From NCBI GenBank assembly GCA_951406725.2, contig OX597823.1, forward strand, positions 21,824,001 through 21,888,000: DNA of 64,000 bases, given 5' to 3'. The notes beneath the pieces were generated by a model. That model worked only from the letters and a program-made list of their open reading frames with translations. It had not been told where the DNA came from and did not search any database. Every line of letters begins with the position of its first letter. The stretch's first letter is position 1. The translations under genes and the position numbers were made by a program. This DNA comes from Octopus vulgaris. Its lineage: Eukaryota. This document shows, piece by piece, positions 28,801-41,018 of this stretch.

Positions 28801-29235
28801 CAATAGCCTCAGGCCCTATTAAAGCCTTGTGAGTGGATTTTGTATATGGAAACTGAAAGAAGACTGTTGTGTGTATGTGTGTGTTTGTACCCCCACCATA
28901 GCTTGACAACTAATGTTGCTGTGTTTATGTTCCCGTAATTTTTCTATTTCTTCTATTTTCTCTCCCTGTTTATTTCTGTGCTCCTTTCTGTTGAAGAGTG
29001 TAGGGTCGAAATGTAAGACTTTCTCATTTCTCAAGCGTTAAACTAATACATCTGTTTGTTGTTTACACACTCGTCTTCGTCTTTTGTATTTTTTTTTGTA
29101 AATTCTCACTATATATAATCTATATATATATATTTACCGGAGTAAACGCATAAATGTGAAACAAGGTGGAAAAAAGAGTACTCAAATACCAGGGGTAGAG
29201 TAATATGCTTTATTTAAAAGCAGCAGAAATTCAAC

Positions 29236-29282
29236 AAAACCTGTTACTCGGAGTTTCACGTTCCCGTTCGTTAGACAGTTTT
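29236..29282 (-). ncRNA. Minimal type-I hammerhead ribozyme motif (G5A variant)
   Basis: Reverse complement: AAAACTGT-CTAACGA-ACG-GGAA-CGT-GAAAC-TCCGA-GTA-ACAGGTTTT. Stems I-III, GAAA core and GUA triplet are present. Confidence 0.7.
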
Positions 29283-29285
29283 GTT

Positions 29286-29323
29286 AAAACTGTCCGACGA
29301 ACGGGCACGTGAAACTCCAAGTA
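29286..29323 (+). ncRNA. Hammerhead ribozyme motif truncated at the GUA triplet (U4C variant)
   Basis: AAAACTGT-CCGACGA-ACG-GGCA-CGT-GAAAC-TCCAA-GTA, followed immediately by the next copy. Confidence 0.6.
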
Positions 29324-29370
29324 AAAACTGTCTGACGAACGGGAGCGTGAAACTCCGATTAACAGGTTTT
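29324..29370 (+). ncRNA. Minimal type-I hammerhead ribozyme motif (intact CUGACGA/GAAA core, triplet UUA)
   Basis: AAAACTGT-CTGACGA-ACG-GGAG-CGT-GAAAC-TCCGA-TTA-ACAGGTTTT. Confidence 0.7.
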
Positions 29371-29399
29371 GTTGAATTTCTGCTGCTTTTAAATAAAGT

Positions 29400-29756
29400 A
29401 TATATATATATGTATATATATATATGTATATATATATATGTATATATATATATGTATATATATATATGTATATATATATGTATATATATATATGTATATA
29501 TATATGTATATATATATGTATATATATATGTATATATATGTATATATATATGTGTATATATATATGTGTATATATATATGTATATGTATGTGTATATATG
29601 TATGTGTATGTATGTGTATGTATATATGTGTATGTATGTATATGTATGTATGTATATGTATGTATGTATATGTATGTATATGCATGTATGTATATGTATG
29701 TATGTATGTATATGTATGTGTATGTATGTGTATGTATGTATGTATATGTATGTATG

Positions 29757-29789
<33 letters not shown>

Positions 29790-29806
29790 GTATATATATA
29801 TATATA
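29400..29806. repeat. Compound TA / TATG / TG microsatellite (about 400 bp)
   Basis: Direct reading. Source of the Y/I/H/M/C/V ORFs. Confidence 0.95.
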
Positions 29807-29807
29807 C

Positions 29808-30392
29808 ACTAGCAGAGATACCCAGTGTTACTTAGGATTAAAATGGCATAGTTTTTTTATTGTTTTACTTGTTTTGCTCATGTGCCTGCAGCCATGCTGG
29901 AGTACTGCCTTTAGTCAAAGATATTGACCCCAGGATTTATTCTTTGCAAGCCTAGTTCTTATTCTATCTCTGTGTTTTGCCAAACGGCTAAGTTAAAGGG
30001 ACGTAAACACAGCAACATCAGTTGTCAAGCTGATGTTCCTGTCTACTGAATCTACTGGGGGTACACACACACATATACGACAGTCTTCTTTCAGTCTCCA
30101 TGTATGAAATCCACTCGCAAGGCTTTGGTGGACCTGGGGCTATAGTGTGTGTGTATATCACTTTTAATAGTTTCACTATGCTTATATCATATACCTAGTG
30201 AAACTATTATCTCACATTACAATAGAGATGTTGTTGTTTCACTTTTGACACGTAATACGGAAACAGTCTAAGGGCTCGCACTAAGCAAGAAGTTGAAAAT
30301 TGTTTTGGCCCATGACTCTCCATGGACCACAAGTAGTGTGTGTGTGTAACATTTGAAATCGGTTGGATAGTTCTCAAGTTTTAGTGATACAT
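29808..30392. mobile_element. Helitron-like non-autonomous element with nested SINE A (about 29858-30145, minus)
   Basis: Starts ACTAG after the TA tract. 30235-30390 is homologous to 53720-53895. Confidence 0.55.
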
Positions 30393-30599
30393 CAGTTGTA
30401 CTGTATTTCTGTTTTACAAGGTTTTATATTGCCAAAGTAGTGAAGTTTTGTTTGTATGTGCTGTTTTATCGCTATATGTGCTATCGCTGTTTTATACGTT
30501 TCAGTACTGTAATTCTTTTGTATACTTTCTGTGGTGATACTGAAATCAGGTTTTATACGTGCTGTACATACAGATTTTGTTAACGGAGATTTCTTAATT

Positions 30600-31750
30600 A
30601 GGTCTTCTGATCAAATTGTCTGCAAACAAGAAATATATTCTGGATTTTTGATGACTTATCTCCGCTTATAGGAACTTTGTTGAAGATGGAATATTAGACT
30701 TAAATTTTGTGCTGTGTTGCTGCAGGTGAGCAGTCCTATGTCTTGTAGGTAGTCAGCTGAATGACAATATGTCCATCTTCAGTTATGTCTCTGCCTAATT
30801 GAGGACCATTCTGCTCAATTCAACATGCAATGATAAATTATATATAGCTGTAGTGTGACTGCCTGGACTTGTACTTTTTCCATCGACTAGTCTATTTCTC
30901 TGCATAGATTTTTATGGTGGCCACAGCCAAAGCTCTTAAGGTGGACTTAGTCAGAGTGCAGCAGTTGATATTTCTCAGCACTTATTTTTGGTGATACGCT
31001 TCCCACCACAGTTTGCAGCTATTTCTGGTATATGTGTATTTTTTAATGTCTATCTGGGCTTAATGGGAGATAGCCTTTGGGATGTTGTTGAGGTAGTGAT
31101 CTAGGATGAAGTATAATGTTGCTGTTGTTTGGAGGTGACTTTTCATATAGTAGTAGGGACTCTGAAAATTTAAGCTTGCTACTGCAATAAACTGTTCTTC
31201 GCATGTCCTGGAGGTTTCCCATTTTTAGTATCTTATGTTTTACTGTGAAGGTGGTTTGTGGCTGTGATGTTTAATGTATGTTTTTGTATACTTAGGGATT
31301 CATTATAGTTTGATATAGAAAGATTGGCGGCTTAGATAGGACTAGTAGAGTCTAATATGGTTAGAATGTATGCCATTATTGCTATTTTTTTCCGATGACC
31401 AAATGAGGTACCTGTTATGGCTCTAAGTATGTTTATACATTGTATTACTTGCTTTACAATGTGAAAGCTGTAGAAATATTGTAGCTCACTTGCAAGTATT
31501 TTTGTCTTTTATATATGTGGTGTGTGATGGGTGATTGTATTTGATATTCTCTAGTACTGTTGGGAAGAAGAGAAGTTGATACTGCCTTAAGTCTGTTGTT
31601 TTGGAACCAGGTTTCTTGGTGACTTAAGCAGGGTTGGAGTAATTACACAGCAGTGTCTGTAGAGTGTTGGGAGGATGTGAGTGTAACATCATCTGCATAT
31701 GGTGGGGGAACATAGGTGGGCAATGAGTCTGAGTGAATATTATTTCACTT
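30600..31750 (-). mobile_element. Decayed LINE reverse-transcriptase fragment (I/Jockey group-like)
   Basis: Reverse strand at about 31700 reads YADDVTLT. Downstream ...NHLHS..KIL.M resembles the RT C-terminal region. Confidence 0.6.
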
Positions 31751-32620
31751 GAGTTTTTGTTGAGCTTTAGAATGTGTTTGATCTTTTGCTTGGCTTTCAT
31801 ATGTTGAGAATTTCACAGTATTGAAAAAGCAAGTTGGTAATGTAACAACAGTAGTGATTCTTTCAGGCCCTAGGTGTTTTACTGTTTTGTTTGACTCTGT
31901 AGATTTTGAGATTTTAGGTTTCCTTCTTGCTCTCTGATGGAGGAATGAATAAAGTAAAACGCATGGATAATGCATATTTTTGTGTCACTTTTTTTTTGTG
32001 GGTTTTGGTAGCTGGTTTTCAAGAAATGTCCCAGGACATCCAGAAGCATGTGAGGGTTGGAAATACAGAAGGCAATTGGCTATAGAAAATTCTGCCTCAA
32101 TGTAATATGAAACAGTGATGATGATAGCGCTCATGAAATTAATTATGATAGTGTCCATGTTGTGTATTGTACAAATGCTGCCCTTTTCTTTGTGAGCTGA
32201 GTGGGTAGGCCCATTGCATTGTCTAGTTTAACTCCATCTCCAGGCCCATGGGTATTGATAGCAAAGTTTGCTGTTTTGCAAATATTTGATCAGATTCTTA
32301 GCTGGGGTTTATTGTAACCTTAAGATTACAATGTCCCCTTGACAATCCTCTAGATATTAAACCCTCTGGGCAATTCTTCCTCTTCTGATAACCCTCAATT
32401 CCATGCCAATCTAGAGCCCACACCTTAATGAGTTGCTCACCACATATCTCTTGTCTGATCATTTATGCTGTCCAAGTATAGATTCCATTCTCTCCAACAT
32501 CACCTCTCATGCCTGGATATTAAGAACAAAGATTTCCTGTTACTCTGGCTCAAATGTCTCCTTTCCTGTTCTCAAATACATCTGCTTCTTCTAAACTCCA
32601 GCTACCAACAACTCTTTGAC

Positions 32621-32847
32621 TACAAGGGAGTGCTGAAAAATTCCTGGCTTTAAGGGTATCACAAAAGGCCTGGTTAGAGGTTCAACCTTCTGAGTTATTT
32701 CTTAGGGCTTAGAAAAATTGAAGGACCACTGCAGTGTGTGAATCTGAAAGGGGAGTATATTGAATAAAATCGAAATTAACTGTTCCTACTGTTTTTTTTT
32801 TTTTTTTTAACCCAAAACCAGGAACTTTCCAGCTCCCCCCCCTCATA
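32621..32847. mobile_element. TA-type (Tc1/mariner-derived) MITE
   Basis: TA-caagggagtgctgaaaaattcctgg ... ccaggaactttccagctccccccc-ctca-TA. Inverted homolog at 41129-41351. Confidence 0.82.
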
Positions 32848-35800
32848 TTGCTTCCTGCATCATTGGTATCTATCTCATTGCATTCCTCTCTGAAGTCCTT
32901 CTCCTCAATAATTTTAATGTTTAACTCCTTGATTCCCATGCTGCCTTTACAGTTACTGAACCTCTCTTAATCCTAAGCTCTCTACATCAATCAATTTCAT
33001 CCCCATATGCATCTTCTTCACCATTACACTAACTTGGATTAAACCATCCCTTTCTTTGCACATATCAGTCAGATAGTAAGATCAGTCTACATTCCACACA
33101 TCAATTCCCTCACCTCCTAAACTCACTTTAGATAATGTAGCACCTCGAGCAAGCTGGTCAAACCAAGGCCACTCAAAGAAGTCCTTCAAAAGGACACTCC
33201 AACCTCTGACCCACAGATATGCTATTGCCTTTTTTACCACTATTGGCTGGTCTCCTGCTACCCCAACTTAGGCACTCCCAAATCACACATCTCTCTTCTT
33301 ATCTTCCCTATTGCGTTTGTGTTTCTTAGTCCTTATTTTAACAACTGTGGCCTGTCTTTCTTTCCCAAAACATCCTCCCTTTAGAAAGCCACACACACAT
33401 GATTGGATTCTTTTGGTTTTCATCCACTAAATCCAGTCACAGGTTTTCAGTCTAAGGCTACAGTAGAAGCCACTTGCTCGAGGTGCTACATTGTGAGACT
33501 GAACTGAAAACCATGTAGGTGGGAAGCAAATTTCTTTACCACACAGCCAGGCTTGCACCTTCATGTGTGTGGTTGAGAAATTTGTTTTTCAACCACATTT
33601 TCAGGCTCAGCTCTACTGTGTGGCACTTTATACAAGTGTCTTCTATAATCCTGGGTTAACCAAAATCTTGTTAAGTGGATTTGATATGTAGAAACTGAAA
33701 AAGAAGCCCATTGTATGTGTGTGTTTGCATTTCCTTGTTTTGATATTATTTGGTTGTTGTAAATGAGTGTAACTGCCATACAAGCAAAGGGATTCATTTC
33801 CAATATGTTGCGAAAACTTGTGGTTAAGGGGAAATATCATGTTGCTTGGAAACAGGTGAGGATTGGTGATAGGAAGGGTATCCAGCCATAGAAAATATGC
33901 CCCAGTTAATCCAATGGAAAATGTATGTTAAAATGATGATGAATGTAAAATGATGATGAGGCGAGATGACAAAGGACTTATGCAATGCTGCATAGAAGCA
34001 CCCACATGGTACCATGTAAAAACACCCAGCACACTCTGTAATGTGGTTGGCATTAGGAGGGACATCTAGCTGTAGAAACCTTGCTAAATAAGACTGGAGC
34101 CTGATGCATCCCCCCCAGCTTGCCAGTTCTGGTCACACTGTCCAACCCATGCCAATATGGCCAGCAGATGTTAAATGGTGGTGATGAATATTATATGAGA
34201 GAGAGAGGAAGGGTGTATGTTAATAAATGACAAATGAACTGGGGTTACATAACCCCACTCCTTGGGCAACAATTGTTTCTGCTATAGGGAGCTGTACTCC
34301 CATTGGTGATTGGCAGTGTGACATCTTATAGCTTCATCAGAACCTTAACAAGAGTTTTGATGTTAGGGCATCAGTGAATTCTCACTGCTAGACTCTTAGC
34401 TCTGGCATATTGAGCTATAACAACTGGTTATTGGTTCTGCAATGACTAAACAGAATTATAAAATATATTCATATATCTGTTTGTATCTGGCTGTTAGATT
34501 TTGAGGATTGTTGCTTTTAAGTGTTTGGCTTTGCTCTCTATGTCCATGTCAGACATCTACTTAAACGGGACTGGCTGAGGCTGTGCTACTTAACAATGAC
34601 ATCAGTTGAACTATTTATTTCACACATCAGTGAAACTATGTGGGCAGATATAAAATATTCCATTGTTCATTATCAGCAGTAACCATCCACGTTAGTTTTA
34701 TTGGGAAGAGAAATAGGAAATGGGTGCTGTGACTGTCATGTTTTGAAGCTGTTTACTATATCAAAGTATGTGAAAATAGTCAAAAATCAGATCTGATGTG
34801 AGCTTACCCATTCTATTGTATAGTGTTCGCTAGTCCTTACATAGAGTGGTATTCTTTAAAATTACAGGTACCGGATAACCAGTATTATTGGGTGATGGCC
34901 ATGCCTTTCTGGAGTGCATTAGTGATACAGATAATGTGAAATTAGCCACAACTCTGAATTGAAACTTAACCTACCTGCCTCTTCCTTTGAAAAATGAATG
35001 ACTCTTCTAAGGACTTCTGGAGATAAATACTCTTGTTCTGTACAGTGAAGTGGATATATACCTCCATCTGGATAGGAAACTAGTCTGTTATAGCAAGCTC
35101 ACATTTCCAGATGATTTTTATCTCTTAGCAAAGAAGCACTGATGATTATAGTTGTATAATTAATTGACAAATAACTCATAGGAACACACTGATGATCAAA
35201 TATAACATATTCTTTTACTCTTCCTCCTGCCTCTCTTGCATTTCTTCCTCTCACCTCTCTCTCTCTCTCACTCACTTTTTCCTCTTGCACCTCTTCCTCC
35301 CATCTCCCTCTCTTGGATCTCTTCTTCTTCCCACCTCTACACTTATTGCTACTGTCAGTTAAGTTGGAGTTTATGCAAAGCAGTTGGTGACACCTGGCTG
35401 AGTTGCACACCTCATCTGCTTGGTAACTTGCAGCAGAAAGCTTGACAAGCTCACCCTCTTCCTTCACTGAATTAGATCATCCTCAAGCCATTGTTATTTT
35501 CTCAACTAGACAACTGGTATTAACCAGTAATTAACAGTCTGATAGTCTCCACGTTGCTGCTGCTGCCTCCTCTAGCATGTTGCTTCCACATCCATGCTGT
35601 TCATATTAAAGAGCTTTTAAATAATCCTCTTTCATTTGTTGAGTTAAAAGAGGGTGTTGACTGATACCCTAGCTCAGTGCTTCTCAAACTGACTAAGAGC
35701 ATCCCCCTTCCTCTTCGAAAAGAAAAGAAAAGAAAAAAAAATTAAACTTGTCCCATCTCCCCCCTTATTAATGGAAAGACAATACAAAATAATTTGCACC

Positions 35801-36392
35801 CGTGTAATTCTTCTTTCTTTACCATTGAATTGGTTAAGATTAAAAAGTTTACAATCATTATAGATTTATTAAACACAGCACCTCTCTCACTAGCTGTGCT
35901 ATGGGTGAGTATTGTAGCTGGGTGACCATCCCACTGGCTGTGGTGGTTTCTATTAAGACGTCTTGACAAAAAGCTCAACATTCATTCATCATCAGGTGAG
36001 GTGATCCAGACCTTGTTTGATGAAAAGTGTCTCAGCATTACCATTCTGGTACTTTCTATATTTTCTAACAGCATAACCTAGTAGCGTCATTGTGCAGTAA
36101 TGTCCTTTTTTTAAGATGGTTCATGTGTGATTTGTGAAAGATTTAGCTGCTTTTTCTAGCAGATAACCACATGTATATAGTTGGTGTGAGTCAGTGTCAA
36201 GACTGGTTAACTTCGCTTTCCGATTGTATATGTTGTTGTTAGGCTTAGGCCACTGGTTGTTCCGCTCCAGCTGTGAACATATTGTCTTTTATTTAGGCTT
36301 AGTACATCGTTTAACCCTCTCATTACCATATTATTGATTGATATATGCTGCTCACATTTCAAATCATTTTGAAAATAATGAGTTTATTAAAA

Positions 36393-36763
36393 ACAAGAGC
36401 ACTCAGAGAGCACAAACCTCTGTCAAGGCAACACCAACATCCTTTCAACGATTAACCATTATTTCAGATATTCTCATTTTAAAAATCAACTTGACTGCTC
36501 TCACAAATGAGAAAACTAAAAATGAACCCGACCACTCTCAAGAATTTAAAAAAAAAAAAAAAAAGGAAAAATAATCCAGAATCTTTGTCTGGTACCGGAT
36601 CGATCCCCAAATCTAATCAGTTTGTGCCTGTCACGAGGCCAAATATTCCTGAAAGTTTAATCTGAATCCATCCAGCAGTTCTTGAGATATCTTGTCCACG
36701 GACAAACAAACAAACAAACATGTCACTGAAAACAGTACCTCCGCCTTAGCTAAGGTGGAGGTG
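36393..36763 (-). mobile_element. HINE/DINE-1-like (Helentron-associated) element nested in a TTAA MITE (about 36310-36858)
   Basis: Minus strand shows a 5' palindrome acctcc(a/g)cc-ttagctaa-ggcggaggt, a (GTTT)n microsatellite, a second subterminal repeat, a 3' hairpin gtgctctctgagtgc, and ends CTTGT in a T-run. Confidence 0.7.
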
Positions 36764-37649
36764 AAATTTTGATGGTATGTTTTAATTCAGATCACTTAAA
36801 AACAAATTTTTATATCTGAATCAAGGACAGTTTCAGGTGGACTGGTATCAAAAGGTTGGAAATGGTATGATTTGAGAGAGAGATTTGGCTATTATTTTTT
36901 AGAAGTCTAGTGCCTATGTACAGGCTCTCTCAGCAGTTCATGGCTAGTAGTAGTGATGGCCAGTACTAAGTATATCTGCTGGTCGACCTCTCTTACTGTG
37001 TGTAGTGGTTAGTTTCATAATCGTATGACTTTCTCATTAGATACTAGTATAGTTAATGTCTGTAATTGTCCACTTCTTCCTTGGTAGCATCTGAAACACT
37101 TTAGCATCATTGCTGTCACTATTTAGTGCTTCATTTGCATGGATGGTGTCGACCCAAATCCATATTATGCACACTTCCAACTTAATCGTAGTTTCTATCA
37201 GGCAAAAGGCATGGAATTGGTGGAAGGAAAATAGTTGATCATATCCTCTCCAGTATCTGACTGTTATATTATTTTAGCAACCCTGGAGGGACAAAAAGCA
37301 ATGCTGACCTTGGTCTGATTTGAATTCAGAATGTCAATTGCGGGCTAATATCACAAGGCATTTTCCCCTCTGATTCTGCCAATCCACAGCTCTTATTTTG
37401 CCATCAACATCATCATCATCTTGTCCACTCTTCCATGCTTGTTTGGGTCAGATGGAATTCATTTCAGACTAATTTTCTATGCAGATACCTTTCCGGTTGT
37501 CACTCTTCATATCTTTCCAAGCAGAGTAATATTTCCCCATGGCCTGACATATTTTTACAGCAGATTGGAAATGAACAACACTGCTTGTGCGATGGTGATG
37601 CTCATTTACGACTATTGCACAATGTCTGGACAAGGTGACACAAACATGC

Positions 37650-37708
37650 ATATGCACACACACACACATATATACATACAGATATATATACATATACATA
37701 TATAACAC

Positions 37709-37775
<67 letters not shown>

Positions 37776-37846
37776 CATACACACACACACACGTACATAC
37801 ATATATATATATATATACACATACACATATATATATATATATATAT

Positions 37847-37899
<53 letters not shown>

Positions 37900-37957
37900 T
37901 ACATATATATACACATACAGATATATATATACACACACATGCACATACACACACACA
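37650..37957. repeat. Compound TA/CA microsatellite
   Basis: Direct reading. Confidence 0.95.
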
Positions 37958-39010
37958 TCAAAGCAGTCTATCATGGACCAACAACCGGATTACTAACTCC
38001 CACTTTGAAGGGTATATGTTTGCAATCCCGGAACAAGAAATATCAATCAAATACCTGATGCACAAAAGGGACAGACACAGGAAAAGCAGCAAAACGTGAT
38101 GACCGATGCAGACTTTGGAATTAACACCAATGATATCATCCACATCATAAGCAGTTGTCCGAAAATGTAATCACAGTATCATCTACCAGTGAGACGTTGT
38201 AGCTAGGTCACTGTATAACAAGATCTGTCGGAAGGATAACCCTGAGGACAAAGAATCCACAATATGTATGCTAACATCCACTGGGTAGCTGATTTCCATA
38301 ACTGTACACAGTTTCTCTTCTCTATCCCAAATTAATGTCAGGCTTACTATGTTTACATTTTACTGACGCTTTCACTGGAACATTACACCAGTACTCCTTT
38401 TTATTATGAGTGGCTATGGTGGATGCCATAGCCACTCATAATAAAAAGGAGTACTGGTGTAATGTTCCAGTGAAAGCGTCAGTAAAATGTAAACATAGTA
38501 AGCCTGACATTAATTTGGGATAGAGAAGAGAAACTGTGTACAGTTATGGAAATCAGCTACCCAGTGGATGTTAGCATACAGCGAAAAAGAAAATACCTAT
38601 GCTGAAAATTATTGAGGAATCTATGGCTACTCTATTCAGATTACAAGTTCAGGTTTATACCTGTAATTATTGTGGCACTGGGATAGGTAACACACTGCCT
38701 AAATACCAATCTTGTGAAATTAGGCTTCTCAAAACCAGAAAGGAGAAAGCTGATTCAAAGACTACAGATCCAAACCATCACTGGAACTGTAAAACTTACC
38801 AGAATTGTATCATTTAAGTATATATGAGCATGTCTAGACATGCAACATGCGTGAGAATACATACATAAAACCAAACCTACAAATCTGCATATATAAATAC
38901 ATACAAAAATACCCTGTTGATGCTGAAATTCCAATGAAAGAGCCTTGGATCTAGATTAGAAACTGGTTCTTTCTCTATTGGTAAGATATCTTGAAATAAA
39001 ACTGAATGAT
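37957..39010 (+). mobile_element. 3' fragment of an R4/Dong-like non-LTR retrotransposon (CCHC knuckle plus restriction-like endonuclease)
   Basis: Frameshifted translation: [17 protein letters not shown]...DRCRL...DIIHIISSCPK...VVARSLY...YW.NVPV...KHSKPDI.IWDREEKLCTVMEISYPVD...EKENTY...FIPVIIVALG. Confidence 0.82.
38265..38580. repeat. Perfect inverted repeat, 155-bp arms with 6-nt spacer
   Basis: 38265-38419 is the exact reverse complement of 38426-38580. Spacer TGGATG. Confidence 0.96.
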
Positions 39011-39189
39011 GACATACATACCATGGGTTTCTTTCAGTTGCTATCTACCAGATCCACTGGCTCAAAGTTATAGTAGACGACACTCAAGTGGGCATGCAGT
39101 GGGACTGAACCTGAAATTATGTGGTTGGAAAGCTAACTCCTTAACCACACAGTCATGCCTGTGCGTGAGGATTGCAATGATAAATTTTC

Positions 39190-39600
39190 TCATGAGTGCA
39201 AGAGTGGCTGTGGGGCAAGAAACTTGCTTCCCAACCTCATGATTCCAGGTTTAGTCCCACTGTGTGAAACCTTGGGCAAGTGCCTTCTACTATAGCCTTG
39301 GGTTGATCAAAGCCTTGTGAGTGGATTTCACAGGTGGAAACTGTAAGGAGCCCGTTGTGTGTGTGTTAGTCCCACTCACCATCACTTGACAGCTGATGTT
39401 GGTGTGTTTATGTCCCCGTAACTTAGTGGTTCAGCAAAATTGACTGATATAAGTACTAGGCTTACAAAGAATAAGTTCTGGGGGTCGATTTGTGTGACTA
39501 AAGGCAGGCTTACAAAGAATAAGTTCTGGGGGTCGATTTGTGTGACGAAAGGCGGTGCTCCAGCATGGCCACAGTCAAATGACTGAAACAAGTAAAAGTG
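39190..39600 (+). mobile_element. SINE family A with an internal 48-bp tandem duplication (39458-39553); a partial minus copy lies at about 39010-39165
   Basis: Family A motifs. aggcttacaaagaataagttctgggggtcgatttgtgtgac(t/g)aaaggc occurs twice. Confidence 0.85.
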
Positions 39601-39709
39601 TAGACGAGTATGTCCATCTAACGTCTGGTTTGGTTTGCAGCTCCACCCCTCATCTCCTTTTCACTCTCCCTTGTATGTACACAGACACAAACGTTTCCCA
39701 ACACCATAT

Positions 39710-40156
39710 TTAACCCCTTTGTTACCATACTTCTGTTGATACATACTGTCTTTTCTATTAATTTTGAAAATAATTAAGGGTTTAATAAAATAACTGTCAT
39801 TATTAAGCAGATCTTTAGAACATAAATTAACATGAAATTCTGCTTGGTTTTAATTTAGATCTCTTTAACCCTTTAGTGTTTAAACCGGCCATATCCAGCC
39901 CAAATATTCTAAATGTTTTATATTCAAACTGGCGATATCTAACCTCTCACACCTAACCTACAATGTCATGCTAAAAATAAGCAATCACATCACTGAAACC
40001 TCAAAGCTATAAGATAATGCATGATTAATTCAAAACAATTTGAGTGAAAAAGTATTATATTTAACAGAGTAATCTGAACACTAAACGGTTAAAGTTGGGA
40101 ATTTGTATCATAAGAACCAACGACAGTTTCAAGTTGATTGGTTTCAAAAGAGTTAA
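39710..40156. mobile_element. TTAA MITE with a second TTAA MITE (39865-40092) nested inside
   Basis: Outer termini TTAACCCCTTTG...CAAAAGAGTTAA. Inner termini TTAACCCTTTAG...CTAAACGGTTAA. Confidence 0.78.
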
Positions 40157-40335
40157 AGACATTAAGCTTTCGCAAAAAATTAAGCTTTACATAAGTTTAT
40201 TATGAAATGAAAAGACAATGGTGACTCTCTATTCTTTAAATTTCTCCCAAGGAAACTAACAAATATATTTTAGTTTCTCTCTGTTGAATTTGAATGTTGG
40301 TTACTTTACAATAAGCAAAGCTTTATATCTATATT

Positions 40336-40565
40336 TATTTCTTTACTGCCCACAAGGGGCTAAACATAGAGGAGACAAACAAGGACAGCCAAAGGGATTA
40401 AGTCGATTACATTGACTCCAGTGCGTAACTGGTACTTTATTTATCGACCCCGAAAGGATGAAAGGCAAAGTCAACCTCGGCAGAATTTGAACTCAGAACG
40501 TAGTGACGGACGAAATACCACTAAGCATTTCGCCCGGCATGCTAACGTTTCTGCCAGCTCGCCTC
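40336..40565 (-). mobile_element. SINE family B (tail type 1)
   Basis: Reverse complement of the copy at 43278-43510. Confidence 0.88.
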
Positions 40566-40795
40566 TTTATGTCTATATTATTTATTTGTCTATCTACATA
40601 TCGTTGTTTTCACCTCAATCTCTCCCCCAATACATAGGTAACTTAAACCACTCATAAGCACTGTCCACTGTAGTGTCTGCCATTTGATCATTTCAGAAAA
40701 TAGTTGACCGAGTATTTATTTTGAGGCATTTTAAAAATACATTTCATGATTGGACAGTTCGTCATGAATGAAGAACTTCATTTCACAAATCCAGA

Positions 40796-41018
40796 TAATC
40801 CTTTCTACTATAGGCACGAGGCCTGAAATTTTTTTGTGGGGAGGGGGCCAATCTATTTGATTGACCCCAGCATGCAACTGGTACTTAATTTATTGACCCC
40901 GAAAGGATGAAAGGCAAAGTCGACCTCAGCAGAATTTGAACTCAGAATATAGCGATGGGTGAAATACTGCAAAGCACTTTGTCTGGCATGATAATGATTC
41001 TTGCCAGTTTTCTGCCTT
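40796..41018 (-). mobile_element. SINE family B (tail type 2) with 12-bp TSD
   Basis: TTCACAAATCCA at 40782-40793 and 41017-41028. Confidence 0.88.

Larger units (their letters stand above)
29135..29400. mobile_element. Penelope-like pseudo-LTR fragment with inverted repeat, flanked by (TA)n
   Basis: Arm 29208-29282 is the near-perfect reverse complement of 29324-29398. Contains hammerhead motifs. Embedded between TA microsatellites. Confidence 0.65.

Noticed and set aside
29231-29927. Several 100-190-aa Y/I/H/M/C/V ORFs (similar ones at 16690, 28475, 37469-38099, 61217-62171)
   Set aside because: Microsatellite translations.
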